From a bacterium (lineage in GTDB: Bacteria; Patescibacteriota; Patescibacteriia; 2-12-FULL-60-25), in the NCBI GenBank assembly GCA_021796435.1, contig JAJYXM010000016.1, positions 118,625 to 182,624 of the forward strand: a stretch of DNA of 64,000 nt. Reading direction: 5' to 3'. Under the pieces are notes generated by a model. That model was not told where the DNA came from. It was given only the letters and a program-made list of their open reading frames with translations, and did not search any database. Of this stretch, positions 1-9,999 are shown piece after piece (within the stretch, counting starts at the first letter, position 1; each line of letters starts with the position of its first letter). Both the position numbers and the translations under genes were made by a program.

Positions 1-2
1 AG

Positions 3-251
3 CTGGCCATCACGCCGTATTATTCGAGGTCAGACGGCAGGACGCGTTCCTGGACAGAGGTCTGGGGCGGTGGGCCGTATGGTTGGCTCGTATCCGTTCC
101 TGTGCCTTGGGATCAGGGCAAGACACTGTGGGGCCACGGCGTTGGCATGTCAGCGACCGGAGCGCTGGGTGCGGCGAATGACGGTTGGTTGTACGATAAG
201 ATACTGAAATATTTCTACACCGGCATCGACCTGGTCAGGATCTATAAATAG
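3..251 (+). CDS. SpoIID/LytB-domain protein, C-terminal fragment; the CDS begins upstream of the window
   Basis: Frame-3 translation ...GKTLWGHGVGMSATGALGAANDGWLYDKILKYFYTGIDLVRIYK* resembles the conserved C-terminus of SpoIID/LytB proteins. Stop at 249-251. Confidence 0.5.
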   Translation: MAITPYYSRSDGRTRSWTEVWGGGPYGWLVSVPVPWDQGKTLWGHGVGMSATGALGAANDGWLYDKILKYFYTGIDLVRIYK

Positions 252-262
252 AGAGATTCCAA

Positions 263-285
263 CCCCCGCGAAAGCGGGGGTTTTG
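263..285 (+). terminator. Rho-independent terminator
   Basis: Hairpin CCCCCGCG-AAA-GCGGGGG followed by TTTT. Confidence 0.6.
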
Positions 286-296
286 CTTGAAGGAAA

Positions 297-1340
297 ATGA
301 CGGCGTATCCTATTCCAATAGGGCAGAACGTCAAACATCAATCAACGGATGATAATTCAACGATAATCGATATGAGTGAAAAAGGCTTCATCAAACGTTT
401 GTCAGAGTCTCCTTTCGCGAAAGCGGCGCTAGTCGCGGGTGCGATGGCGATGCACGAAGGTCAGGCTCCGGAAAAAGAGGCGGTACAACATGGGGTGAAT
501 GCAGCCAGTGCCGCACTGGAGCGGGGACAGGAACAAGGGCCGCAGCCTTTGATGCTTAAGGAATTCGAAAAGATTTGGGGCAAGTATGGCGGGTCAGTAT
601 ATCTGCCTGAAAACATAAGCCTGCATGAAGCGTTGCCGACGTTACGCGAGTTCGCGAAGGAACATGGGATAAAGGATCTCCAACTCGACGCACGGTCGGT
701 GGATGCCGATGATCTGGAGGTATTGATGATGTTGCCGATCGATAAGATAACGGTCTCGATGAATAACGATCTTGACGACCAGGAAGCCGAAACATTGGCC
801 GAGAAACTGCATGAAGTGCGTGCTTCGTTCGTTGATGAGGGCGGTAAGCTCAGGATATCTTCCGTCTACAGGGATAAATTGCCGCACTTCGAGATGCAGA
901 CCGCGAGCCTGACGGCAGACGAAATGGTCTCGGTCCTGAGGGAGGCGAACTTCTTGCCGGATGTCACTTATTGGCAGAAGTTCCCGATGAGCTTGGAGCA
1001 GTTCAGGTCGATCATCGAGGCCGGTGACGACATGCCGAAACGCTTGACTATCATAAGCGACGGCTTGGACGGTGGCGATAAGGGGCCTGTCCTGGTCACT
1101 AATCCGGAAGATGAGGGGTCGAGGTTCGTGTCGTGCGATTCGCAGGCGGAGGCGGACTCGTTCGTCCAGGAGTTTTCGTCGATACTTAAAAAACATACCG
1201 GGAACAGTATCCTGGGCATCGACAAATCCTGGTATAAACAGCTTGTGCGCGTAGATGCGAGCTGGAATAACCGGAATGATGTATCAACGAACGATGTCGT
1301 CTGGTCGCAAGAGAAAGACGTCAGGCAGCACAGCCAGTAG
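297..1340 (+). CDS. hypothetical protein
   Basis: Long ORF of 347 aa with no motif I recognise. Confidence 0.5.
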   Translation: MTAYPIPIGQNVKHQSTDDNSTIIDMSEKGFIKRLSESPFAKAALVAGAMAMHEGQAPEKEAVQHGVNAASAALERGQEQGPQPLMLKEFEKIWGKYGGSVYLPENISLHEALPTLREFAKEHGIKDLQLDARSVDADDLEVLMMLPIDKITVSMNNDLDDQEAETLAEKLHEVRASFVDEGGKLRISSVYRDKLPHFEMQTASLTADEMVSVLREANFLPDVTYWQKFPMSLEQFRSIIEAGDDMPKRLTIISDGLDGGDKGPVLVTNPEDEGSRFVSCDSQAEADSFVQEFSSILKKHTGNSILGIDKSWYKQLVRVDASWNNRNDVSTNDVVWSQEKDVRQHSQ

Positions 1341-1421
1341 TACTGGCGAGAGAAACTTCGAATCCAAGCAAATGGCTCGCCTTTTGGGTGGACCGTTTTT
1401 TGGTTTGAAGGAAGCTTTCGT

Positions 1422-2315
1422 GTGAAGTATCCTGCTGCGTATATGGCACAAGTATTCGAATTCAACACCAAGCGTCAATTGACGGATGACGAAGCAGCGA
1501 CAAAAGAAGCTGAAGCGGCGGAAGAAAGGAAGCGGATAGATGAGGCACAGGAATATCTCGCGGCGCTGGATGAAGACAGCGTCCTTAAGGTGGGTGAGGA
1601 GGGAGAACGGGATCTTTCAGCCATGAATATGGACAAGGTGCGTACCGTGACGGAAAGCGTCGTCAACAGGGTGATCTTCGATGCAGCATCGAAAGTCTTC
1701 GATTTGGACGAACGGAGCAGCAAGGCGCTGAATAACTATCTTCAGGTCGCGCGTGTCGGCGAAATACCGCGTCCCAAGACGGGTTTGGCCATCGGACCTT
1801 TCCCCAGCCCGGAGCGCGAGAAGCTCCTGAAAGAGATAAGGGCGAAAAAGATAGAATTGTTGTCCGGTATGTTGGGTGAGAGGCTCCTGGAATCCATCGA
1901 AGGGATCAAGAGGATGATGACGGATGAATATTTTTCCGATGAATGGACGGAAGAAGTGAGGGAAAGGATGTCCAGGGTCAAACTGCGCGAAAGGGGAGCG
2001 GAAGAGACGTTGGAGATGATGGCCGCGATACGTTCGACCGGATCCTCTTCCGGAGAACAAGTGAGGAACCTGCGAGAGGCCAGGTCAAGGAGGGCGGAAG
2101 AGGCCCATATCTCGGATTTGCGCAAAGCCATCACTACCGGCGATCCGGCCAGCATCAAGGGGCACGCCGATCGCGACTTGGAGTTTTTGGCCGAGAAGGA
2201 GAGACGCGCGAGGGGTGAACTGAGCAAGGCGTCCGCCAAGGCGGAGATGGACGTGCTGAAGGAAAGGATAACCAGGGAATTGGTCAGGCTCAATACACGC
2301 GAAGTCGAGAAGTGA
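1422..2315 (+). CDS. hypothetical charged coiled-coil protein
   Basis: GTG start preceded by AAGGAAG; the 297-aa product is rich in E/K/R. Confidence 0.5.
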   Translation: MKYPAAYMAQVFEFNTKRQLTDDEAATKEAEAAEERKRIDEAQEYLAALDEDSVLKVGEEGERDLSAMNMDKVRTVTESVVNRVIFDAASKVFDLDERSSKALNNYLQVARVGEIPRPKTGLAIGPFPSPEREKLLKEIRAKKIELLSGMLGERLLESIEGIKRMMTDEYFSDEWTEEVRERMSRVKLRERGAEETLEMMAAIRSTGSSSGEQVRNLREARSRRAEEAHISDLRKAITTGDPASIKGHADRDLEFLAEKERRARGELSKASAKAEMDVLKERITRELVRLNTREVEK

Positions 2316-2419
2316 TTCCCATCCTGTTTCAGCACACCTCCAGGTCGACGGGTTGGAGGATTGCAGAAACACAAGGAAAATGCTTTAATTCCATCGCACT
2401 TTTTTCTCGGGAGGGTGAA

Positions 2420-2887
2420 ATGGCAGAAGAAATCCGTAGCGCGATGGCCAGCGAGCCGATGTTCCTGGACAGGACGTCATTTTTCGTCCTGTTGCAGGCC
2501 TGGCTGTGTTTCCCGAATGACGGAACACTCCATTTGCTGTGCGCTGAAGCGCTGGTTCATATCGACTTCCTGGTCCAGGATCAGGATGATGAGGGCGAGA
2601 AGGATAGAGGACGGTTCTTCTGTGCCTTGGCGCAGCGGTCAGTGGTCGCCTGGAACCACCTCTTGGCATATCTGATAGAACTCAACGACATGACGTCGTT
2701 CCTGCGTCTGAAGCAGTTTTCTCCATTCCAGGGCGATCTGGTGGTGGAGGTCAAGCGCGGAGCTTTTGGTCTCAGGGTGTGCAAGATGTTGGCGTATGAA
2801 CAATGGTTCATGGAGACCTACGGCAAGACCAGCGGCGTAAACACCCTAATAATCTCACAGCCGCGGATGCGCATATCCGTCGACTGA
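2420..2887 (+). CDS. hypothetical protein
   Basis: ATG preceded by GGGAGGGTG; ORF continuous to 2887. Confidence 0.4.
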   Translation: MAEEIRSAMASEPMFLDRTSFFVLLQAWLCFPNDGTLHLLCAEALVHIDFLVQDQDDEGEKDRGRFFCALAQRSVVAWNHLLAYLIELNDMTSFLRLKQFSPFQGDLVVEVKRGAFGLRVCKMLAYEQWFMETYGKTSGVNTLIISQPRMRISVD

Positions 2888-2930
2888 AGCTAAAGAAGCC
2901 CCGCTCGGTGAGAGCGGGGCCTCGCTGTAT

Positions 2931-3542
2931 TCAGGGTTCCAGCCGGCGGGCGATCTTGTCTTTTTTGTCGTCATCATCCGGCATGCCGAATTCCTCGACG
3001 GTCTCCTCCAGATGCTCGCGTCTGTCGGCTTCGGCCAGCTCGAGGATAAGTTTTGCTACGTGGTTCGGGTGAGGGACTTCCTCGAATTTGAAACGCTCCA
3101 TCTCGCCGGCCGTCTGCACATAGACATCGCCGTAATCCAAGAGAGTGTGCAGGATGCCTTTTATCTCGGCGGTCACATCTTGTGTCCGGTAAAGCCGCAG
3201 TTCCGAAACGGTGCGGCTGAAGAGCCCGTGCTGGTCGATATCGAGGATACGCTTATCCGTGACGATGAAGACGTCGAGCCAATATTCGACGAACATCTGG
3301 AAGGCGAACAAACAACCGAACATGAAGAAGATGCTGGCGCCAAGGATGTATAGGGTGAAATATTCCGGTTTAGCCAGGAATTCCGGTTGGACTATCTGGA
3401 GACCGATGTAGATACCGATGGGTAAGGCGACGATGAGCGAAGAGATGAGTATCAGCGGGATCAGCGTGATGGGGTGGCGGCGGAAGAACAGGACGTTCTG
3501 TTCATGCAGGTCGGATCCGGGCAGGTGATGGATATCTAACAT
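2931..3542 (-). CDS. membrane protein with bacterial PH-like (bPH_2/YdbT-like) domain
   Basis: Two N-terminal TM helices followed by a domain resembling YdbT/bPH_2, then an acidic tail. A hairpin terminator lies at 2898-2920 downstream on the minus strand. Confidence 0.5.
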   Translation of the reverse strand: MLDIHHLPGSDLHEQNVLFFRRHPITLIPLILISSLIVALPIGIYIGLQIVQPEFLAKPEYFTLYILGASIFFMFGCLFAFQMFVEYWLDVFIVTDKRILDIDQHGLFSRTVSELRLYRTQDVTAEIKGILHTLLDYGDVYVQTAGEMERFKFEEVPHPNHVAKLILELAEADRREHLEETVEEFGMPDDDDKKDKIARRLEP

Positions 3543-3552
3543 AAGGGTGGTT

Positions 3553-3807
3553 TCATGGATTGAAGTACATCGATCCCTGCAGGCCGCTGAAAAGATCGAC
3601 CGAACTTGACCAGTCGACGGTCAGGAAATATGCGCTGGAGGCGAGTATCGTCCCCAGGGAGAGGACCAGGAAAAGGAGCGTCGTGGCGTATGTGCCGAGC
3701 CCTGCGATGCCGAAGCGGACCATCTGCATGATGGTGAGCAATGACATTACCGTATAGATGACGAGGAATATGAGCCAGGCAAGCAAGAAATATTGGAGGG
3801 GAATCAT
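3553..3807 (-). CDS. small membrane protein
   Basis: 84 aa, hydrophobic. Confidence 0.4.
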   Translation of the reverse strand: MIPLQYFLLAWLIFLVIYTVMSLLTIMQMVRFGIAGLGTYATTLLFLVLSLGTILASSAYFLTVDWSSSVDLFSGLQGSMYFNP

Positions 3808-3814
3808 AAAAGCA

Positions 3815-4846
3815 TTATATCTCTAATCCAGGCTGCTTGTCGCCTTCAGCATATTCGAGGCCGAGGTGTCGGTAAGCCGCTTCCGTCGCCATCCGTCCGC
3901 GGGGAGTGCGGTTAAGCAGTCCTTCCTGGAGCAAAAACGGCTCGATCACGTCCTCAAGGGTCGCGACTTCTTCGTTTAAGCTGGCGGCGAGTGTGGTCAA
4001 ACCTACGGGCCCGCCGTTGAATTTGTTCATCAAAGCCAGGAGGACGCGGCGATCAGTCTCGTCCAGGCCCAAGGGATCGATCTCAAGTCCGGTCAAAGCA
4101 CGATCGACGGTCGTCATGTCGAGTATGCCGGAGCTCCTGACTTGGGCGAAATCCCTCACGCGTTTGAGCAGGCGGTTGGCGATGCGCGGCGTGCGACGTG
4201 CCCGGCTGGCGATGAGTCGGGCCGGTCCGTCTTCGATAGGTACGTCGAGCAGGCGTGCAGTGCGGCGGATGATCTGCGCCATCTCGTCATGGCCATAGAA
4301 ATCCAGATGGAAGACAGAGCCGAAGCGGTCGCGCAGCGGTCCGGAGATGAGGCTGAATTTGGTGGTGGCGCCGATGAGCGTGAAGCGTTTGAGGTCGAGG
4401 CGTAGCGTACGGGCGGTCGGGCCTTTGCCGATGACGATGTCGAGCGCAAAATCCTCCATGGCAGGATAAAGGACCTCTTCGATGCTGCGGTTCATGCGGT
4501 GGATCTCATCGATGAACAGGACGTCGCCTTCTTCGAGGTTGGTCAGGATCGCGGCTAAGTCGCCGACGCGTTCCAAAGCCGGGCCGCTGGTCACTTTTAC
4601 CGTGGCACCCATCTCGTTCGCTATGACATGAGCTAGAGTCGTCTTGCCCAGGCCGGGCGGACCATAGAGCATGACGTGCTCGCATGGTTCGTTGCGGCCT
4701 TTGGCGGCTTCCAGGAAAATCGCAAGATTCTCCTTGATTTTCGGTTGACCTATGAATTCATCCAAGGTTTTCGGACGTAAAGAAACGTCAAAGCCAAGTT
4801 CGGCAGGTTGGGTTTCAGGTGAAATGAGGCGTTCTTCCTCTTCCAT
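3815..4846 (-). CDS. ruvB: Holliday junction branch migration helicase RuvB
   Basis: Walker [22 protein letters not shown]; Walker B region with sensor and arginine-finger context typical of RuvB; 343 aa. Confidence 0.95.
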   Translation of the reverse strand: MEEEERLISPETQPAELGFDVSLRPKTLDEFIGQPKIKENLAIFLEAAKGRNEPCEHVMLYGPPGLGKTTLAHVIANEMGATVKVTSGPALERVGDLAAILTNLEEGDVLFIDEIHRMNRSIEEVLYPAMEDFALDIVIGKGPTARTLRLDLKRFTLIGATTKFSLISGPLRDRFGSVFHLDFYGHDEMAQIIRRTARLLDVPIEDGPARLIASRARRTPRIANRLLKRVRDFAQVRSSGILDMTTVDRALTGLEIDPLGLDETDRRVLLALMNKFNGGPVGLTTLAASLNEEVATLEDVIEPFLLQEGLLNRTPRGRMATEAAYRHLGLEYAEGDKQPGLEI

Positions 4847-4934
4847 ATAGACAGAGCTTAATGGTTTGGGGGGAAATTGGCCAGATAGGCAAAAAGCAGA
4901 GCGCTCCGACGGACGTCGGAGCGGTGTAGGTGTA

Positions 4935-5246
4935 TCACTTCTTGTTGAGTCCGGCCGCCAACCTTTCGATCAGCCGTCGATCGTCCGGCGTCAGCGGACG
5001 GACGTGGGAGGTCTTGCGGTCCTTCACCTGATTGCCTATGCATATCTCGGGGTTGCTGTTGTAGTGCCAGGCGGCGTCAAAGGCGCTGCACCAGATCGAT
5101 CCGTCGTGCGTCAGCATCTCGTAGTGCTGGTCGGTCGAATCAACCGGCGTGTTGGTTTTTGCGTCGGCTTCGCTTGTTTGTTCCGCTGGAGCCGCGAAAG
5201 TAGGCTTTGTGGCACGCAAGGCCTGTTTCGAGAATGGTTTGCCCAT
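4935..5246 (-). CDS. hypothetical protein
   Basis: ORF of 103 aa. Confidence 0.35.
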   Translation of the reverse strand: MGKPFSKQALRATKPTFAAPAEQTSEADAKTNTPVDSTDQHYEMLTHDGSIWCSAFDAAWHYNSNPEICIGNQVKDRKTSHVRPLTPDDRRLIERLAAGLNKK

Positions 5247-5321
5247 CAGTGTACCTTTCGTGCGGGTTAGAGGTAGCTACCGGAAAGAACGGAGCTACCT
5301 TAAGGCAGGCGTCGGACCAGG

Positions 5322-5675
5322 TCAAACATCGTCAGCCGGACGGATGATGATGGATCTGAAGAATTGTTCCTGGAAATGGGTGGCTTGGCGGATCTCGTCG
5401 TCGGAAAATTCTGTCCCTTTCGGTACGACGATGAGCTTGTCGTCGTCATCGTCGAAGCGGTGGATGAAAGCGATGCATTCGCCAGAGAAAGACTTGAGCG
5501 GTTCCTTGACGCCAAGGACGTAAGCATCGAGCTCTTCACCGTCGGCAGAGACAGTACCGGGGACAAAGCCGTAATTTACGGGGTAGGTGAACCCATGCTC
5601 CGGGTGTTGGGAACCGAGCGGGCGGTCGAGGATGATTTCGACTGATTGTCCAAGGAATTCTTGCGCGTCGTTCAT
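5322..5675 (-). CDS. ppa: inorganic pyrophosphatase (family I), unusually short
   Basis: PVNYGFVPGTVSADGEELDAYVL matches the PPase core (NYG[FY]IP.T...DGDP.DVLV). The ATG sits immediately after the mntH stop. Only about 117 aa. Confidence 0.55.
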   Translation of the reverse strand: MNDAQEFLGQSVEIILDRPLGSQHPEHGFTYPVNYGFVPGTVSADGEELDAYVLGVKEPLKSFSGECIAFIHRFDDDDDKLIVVPKGTEFSDDEIRQATHFQEQFFRSIIIRPADDV

Positions 5676-6946
5676 AGCACGAAGAGCAGGATCACGGCGC
5701 CGGTGGTCGCGAGCAGCGTCAGTCCTCCGAAGAAATTGGACCATCTACCGTTGACCCATTTGCCCATGATCTTTTTGTTGTTGGCCACCATCAGGATGAT
5801 GAGGACAAGGGGAGGGGTGACTACACCGTTCAGCACAGCGGTCCAATACAGGGCTTTGATGGGATTCAGACCGGAGAAATTAATCAGCAGACCGATCAGC
5901 GTAGCGATGGTGATGGCGCCGTAGAATCCATGAGCTTGTTTGAGTTTCTTGTATAGGCCACTTTTCCAACTTAAGGCTTCGGATAGGGCATAGGAGGCGG
6001 AAGCGGAAAGTACTGGAACGGCCAACAGACCTGTGCCGACGACGCCAAGCGCGAAAATGAATGAAGCGAAGCGCCCGGCCAGCGGCGCCAACGCTTCGGC
6101 GGCCTGGGCAGTAGTCTGCACGTCGTGCAAACCGTGGCTAAAGAACGTCCCGGCGGCCGTGACTATGATGAAAAAAGTGATGGTCTGCGAAAAGCTCATG
6201 CCGATGGCCGTATCGCGGCGCATCTTGCGCACATCCGTAGCCGCTGCTCCGCGGCGTTTCTTGATGCTCGTGCGACCGGCGGCGATCTCTTCCTCGATCT
6301 CCTCGCTCGCTTGCCAGATGAAGAGATAGGGGGAGATGGTGGTGCCGAGGAGCGCCACGAAACCAGTGACGAAATCACGATCGAAACGGAACATCGGGAT
6401 GAAGGCGGAGGATAGGACGGTGCCCCAGTCCGTAGTTACGATGAAAGCAGTCAACAGATAGCCCAAGAGACTCACGGCGAACCATTTCAGGACGGAAGCG
6501 TAAGTCTTATAGCTCAAGAAGATCTCAAGCACGAGGATCAGGACCGTATATCCGATGAGCAGGATGCTGAAAGGGATTGAGGGCAACAAAAGGCGCGTTG
6601 AGTCAGCCATGGCGCCGAGGTCAGAGCCGATGTTTATGGTATTGGCGATGAAGACGAGAACGACGACCAGCCACAGGACGGGTTTGGAATAATGCTTGCG
6701 CAGGATGCTGGCCAAGCCTTCGCCGGCGACCATACCGATACGTCCGACCATCTCTTGGATGGCGATCATGAGAGGCAGGTTGACGAAGGTGGTCCAAAGT
6801 TGGGCTAAACCGAACTGCGCACCGACTTGGGTGTAAGTCGCGATGCCCGAAGGATCATCGTCTGAAGCGCCAGTCACGAATCCAGGTCCGAGCTTGTCCC
6901 AGATCTTCTCCTTCTTCAGGTCGTTGTTTTTTTCCATCTGACTCAT
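5672..6946 (-). CDS. mntH: NRAMP-family divalent metal (Mn2+/Fe2+) transporter
   Basis: GPGFVTGASDDDPSGIATYTQVGAQFG motif; polytopic membrane protein of 424 aa. Confidence 0.85.
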   Translation of the reverse strand: MSQMEKNNDLKKEKIWDKLGPGFVTGASDDDPSGIATYTQVGAQFGLAQLWTTFVNLPLMIAIQEMVGRIGMVAGEGLASILRKHYSKPVLWLVVVLVFIANTINIGSDLGAMADSTRLLLPSIPFSILLIGYTVLILVLEIFLSYKTYASVLKWFAVSLLGYLLTAFIVTTDWGTVLSSAFIPMFRFDRDFVTGFVALLGTTISPYLFIWQASEEIEEEIAAGRTSIKKRRGAAATDVRKMRRDTAIGMSFSQTITFFIIVTAAGTFFSHGLHDVQTTAQAAEALAPLAGRFASFIFALGVVGTGLLAVPVLSASASYALSEALSWKSGLYKKLKQAHGFYGAITIATLIGLLINFSGLNPIKALYWTAVLNGVVTPPLVLIILMVANNKKIMGKWVNGRWSNFFGGLTLLATTGAVILLFVL

Positions 6947-7034
6947 TTTAGCATCATTTACGCCTTAGGTGATGGGCTTGAAAAAACGGCAGGCCTATGC
7001 TTAAGTTGTAGCGGTACTTTCAAGGAGAAGGAGG

Positions 7035-7415
7035 ATGCATCGGGGAATCTGCATCTGGATAATCGAGGATGGATTGTGCCGCGAGTGCGGACAAAATACC
7101 TTCAGACGTCTGGTGTTTTGGGTCGGCAACAAGCCGGTGCCCATCGACGGGTACTGCACCAACCGGGAATGCAATCCGAACTATCGTTCCATCGACGAGC
7201 TTCGATGCGGCGAGTCTACGGGTTTTACGCCTATCCTGGTCTTCGAAGCCCAGCTCTGTCCTTTGTGCAATCGAGGCGATGCCGTGGTCGTCTATCGCGG
7301 AAATGATTTTTTGGCCAGCGAGTGCCCGGACTGCATGATGGGTTCCGCGCCCTTGCTCGACAGACGGGCTTTCAGGCTCGAGCCGCCGCGCTGGAGCGGT
7401 GTCGGCAACAAGTGA
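7035..7415 (+). CDS. Cys-rich (zinc-ribbon-like) hypothetical protein
   Basis: Multiple CxxC pairs. Confidence 0.4.
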   Translation: MHRGICIWIIEDGLCRECGQNTFRRLVFWVGNKPVPIDGYCTNRECNPNYRSIDELRCGESTGFTPILVFEAQLCPLCNRGDAVVVYRGNDFLASECPDCMMGSAPLLDRRAFRLEPPRWSGVGNK

Positions 7416-7716
7416 CGCTTTCGGCTCCGATCCTATCTTGGGTCGGAGCTGCTTCGTAAGTTGTTATTTTTTTTCCGGTAGGTTAGGCTATGGTCGGATT
7501 ATGCTTCCTAATTCGAACCTCAAGTTGAGCAAACTCACGCAAACGCATCAGACGCACAGGACGCAGACATTGCAGGCGATTTCGCAGAAGGCACACGCCA
7601 TCGATTCGCGTATCGAATACCTGAAGGTGCAAGGCGAGAAAGCGCGTAGACTTTTGGATGATATGCCGGATGATGTCTCGTCACGCTTAGCCTGGCTAAA
7701 TTCACAGTTGAACTGA
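7399..7716 (+). CDS. hypothetical protein
   Basis: ORF only. Confidence 0.3.
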   Translation: MSATSDAFGSDPILGRSCFVSCYFFSGRLGYGRIMLPNSNLKLSKLTQTHQTHRTQTLQAISQKAHAIDSRIEYLKVQGEKARRLLDDMPDDVSSRLAWLNSQLN

Positions 7717-7717
7717 T

Positions 7718-8074
7718 ATGAAAGAGATGATGTCCACAGCAGCTGCGCAAGAGATAGAGCCACGGGAGAAGCTTGAGCTGCTGCTTGAGATGAAACGTAG
7801 GAATCTGGAGCGTCTGAAGGAAGTCGCGGACATGCAGGCTTTATGGGTATCGAACATAAGGGATCTGGATGCCCGGGTGCCGCACGACCCGGTCCTCATG
7901 GATGACAAGACTTACAGCTTCGATGTACTGATGAATGCATGGTCGGCCGAACTGGCGGAGGTCGAAGCTACCCTGACGAGATTGAATAAACTGCAGCAGA
8001 CTCTGGACGAAGAGATTAAGGCGTTGCAGGAAGACCATGAGCTGGAAGCTATCGACCCGAAGGAGTTGAATTGA
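7718..8074 (+). CDS. hypothetical coiled-coil protein
   Basis: ORF of 118 aa, E/L-rich heptad-like. Confidence 0.4.
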   Translation: MKEMMSTAAAQEIEPREKLELLLEMKRRNLERLKEVADMQALWVSNIRDLDARVPHDPVLMDDKTYSFDVLMNAWSAELAEVEATLTRLNKLQQTLDEEIKALQEDHELEAIDPKELN

Positions 8075-8083
8075 AAAAGATAA

Positions 8084-8168
8084 GGGCCCGTGGCGGAATT
8101 GGTATACGCAACGGACTTAAAATCCGTCGCCGCAAGGCATGTGGGTTCGACTCCCACCGGGCCCACCA
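8084..8168 (+). tRNA. tRNA-Leu (anticodon TAA)
   Basis: Cloverleaf: acceptor GGGCCCG/CGGGCCC; anticodon stem ACGGA/TCCGT with loop CTTAAAA; long variable arm; T-loop GGTTCGACTCC; encoded CCA. Confidence 0.8.
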
Positions 8169-8308
8169 AAAATAAGCTGCGCAAACGAAAGCGCGGCTTG
8201 TTTTAATTTTTATGCATAAGCCGACGTGAATTGGGGGCAAGGAATTGACATATCCGGTCGGTTTTGGGAGGGTAATGGCGTACTTTACGCCAGCGAGGAG
8301 TCTTGAAC

Positions 8309-8788
8309 ATGCCAAGTTACGCTAAGCACCATCTGGTGCATGAGGATGTCTTAGGCGTCCACGACTGGAGCCTGGAACTGCAGGAATGTCCGATAACGGA
8401 CATGAACGAAGACGGCACGAAACGGGTCCATTCACATCACATGCGTTGCGCCGCTTGCGGCATCCGGAGACACGGAGCATACGCCGAACAAGGTGCGTAC
8501 CATTATTTCACCTACGACCACCGTGAATCGCAGTTCAGCAATCCGGCCATGGCAGACGAACGGATGAGGAAGCGCGCAGTATCGCCGGAAGACTTCTTCA
8601 CCCACGAGCTCTTGCCGCCGTGCACCAAGACCCGGCAACTTCCGTCTGGCATCGAGGTCTGGGAGATCAGGATCTGCGACGACTGCTTCCATTACCTGCA
8701 GTTCTACGACCGGTCGCCCGAATGCAGGTATGGCTGCCAAGCCGCCGGCACCATCACCTTGCTTGGTTGTTTCAAGCTGAAGACGTGA
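8309..8788 (+). CDS. Cys/His-rich hypothetical protein
   Basis: ORF with several CxxC and HxH pairs. Confidence 0.4.
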   Translation: MPSYAKHHLVHEDVLGVHDWSLELQECPITDMNEDGTKRVHSHHMRCAACGIRRHGAYAEQGAYHYFTYDHRESQFSNPAMADERMRKRAVSPEDFFTHELLPPCTKTRQLPSGIEVWEIRICDDCFHYLQFYDRSPECRYGCQAAGTITLLGCFKLKT

Positions 8789-8811
8789 CTGCCGTCGAAA
8801 AGGAGAAGCTG

Positions 8812-9441
8812 ATGGGGTACCGGGCTGTAGGGTCACGTTGCGCCTTGGATTTCGACGAGCTTACATCCGAGGCGAGAGAGCATGCACATGAGATGCTCGT
8901 ATCCTTGGGGTTCGTGAAGGTCGACGCGGATCCAGTCGATTTGGCGCGAAGCCGGGTAGGACATTCGCGCTTCGTCAAACGGGTATTTCCGGCGCGTGCT
9001 CCCCATGAGGTCAACTGCTCAAGCTTCATGAAGTGGGTATTTGGCCGATGCGGTATATGGCTTCCATGCTTGGCTGTCCAGCAGCGCGAGATGGGACAGA
9101 TGGTCGCGCCGGAAGAGATGGCTGCGGGTGACCTGATATTCGTGACGGCCCGCTTTAATCTCTATCAAGACGATCCTAGGGACGGCTTGGGCCATGTAGG
9201 AATCGTGACCGGACAGAGAACGGTCATTCATGCCAAAGGCGCTACGTCAGGAGTAGTAGAGGAAAAGGTGGAGCGGTTCCTTGCGCCGACCAGATTCCGT
9301 GGTCTTAGGCGCTTGGTAGCGCCGGGCCATCGTGTGGTGACCTATGAGATCCCAGACTCGGCATTCGTCGAGACATCGGATGACATCAAGTGGATTGTCA
9401 TCATGAACCTTGGGCGCTTTCAGGCGTCACTCGGCAAGTGA
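8812..9441 (+). CDS. NlpC/P60-family cysteine peptidase (cell-wall hydrolase)
   Basis: AAGGAG 6 nt before the ATG. The catalytic-type arrangement is C (CSSFMKWVF)...H (GHVGIVTG)...H (VIHA). Confidence 0.6.
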   Translation: MGYRAVGSRCALDFDELTSEAREHAHEMLVSLGFVKVDADPVDLARSRVGHSRFVKRVFPARAPHEVNCSSFMKWVFGRCGIWLPCLAVQQREMGQMVAPEEMAAGDLIFVTARFNLYQDDPRDGLGHVGIVTGQRTVIHAKGATSGVVEEKVERFLAPTRFRGLRRLVAPGHRVVTYEIPDSAFVETSDDIKWIVIMNLGRFQASLGK

Positions 9442-9446
9442 ACTAG

Positions 9447-9476
9447 CCCCCGTCCTCATCGAGGAACGGGGGTTTC
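9447..9476 (+). terminator. Rho-independent terminator
   Basis: CCCCCGT...ACGGGGG hairpin followed by TTTCC. Confidence 0.55.
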
Positions 9477-9547
9477 CGCTATCTGGAGAAAAAACGATCG
9501 TTGTGTTAGTCTTGTCTTCGAATTCACTATTAAGCCCATAAAAAGAT

Positions 9548-9970
9548 ATGTCACACAGCTGCAAATCACTCTTAATGCATTGCATGGATTTCCGTTTCGG
9601 CAAGGCCATCAAAGGTTTCATGGAAGAACACGGCATGATGGATGACGCCGACATAGTGGCCATAGCAGGTTCCGCCAGGAATCTCATCAATCCCGAGACG
9701 CAGGCTATCGCCTTGAGGCAGATTGAGATTTCCAAGACGCTGCATGAGATGAAGGAAGTGGTTTTGATGGCTCACTTGGATTGTGGAGCCTACGGCGGCA
9801 GCAAGTCATTCGAGACGGCAGAAGTCGAATACAATAAGATGACCGGCGACCTGAAGGAAGCGCGCGAAGTGGTCAAAGCCAAGTGGCCGGAATTGTCGGT
9901 CAAGCTTTGGCTCGCACATATCGAAGAGAGCGACCACGAGAAGAAGATCTGGTTCGAAGAGATAGCCTAG
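9548..9970 (+). CDS. small beta-carbonic-anhydrase-like protein
   Basis: The two beta-CA zinc-ligand motifs are present: C-x-D-x-R (HCMDFRF) and H-x-x-C-G (AHLDCGAYGG). Only 140 aa. Confidence 0.4.
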   Translation: MSHSCKSLLMHCMDFRFGKAIKGFMEEHGMMDDADIVAIAGSARNLINPETQAIALRQIEISKTLHEMKEVVLMAHLDCGAYGGSKSFETAEVEYNKMTGDLKEAREVVKAKWPELSVKLWLAHIEESDHEKKIWFEEIA

Positions 9971-9976
9971 AGAAAA

Positions 9977-9999
9977 GCCCCGAATATCCGGGGCTTTTT
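9977..9999. terminator. bidirectional rho-independent terminator
   Basis: GCCCCG-AATAT-CCGGGGC with T-runs on both strands, between convergent genes. Confidence 0.7.

Noticed and set aside
5675-5744. N-terminal extension of ppa (ORF 5322..5744)
   Set aside because: The extension would overlap the mntH coding region; the internal ATG directly after the mntH stop is more plausible.
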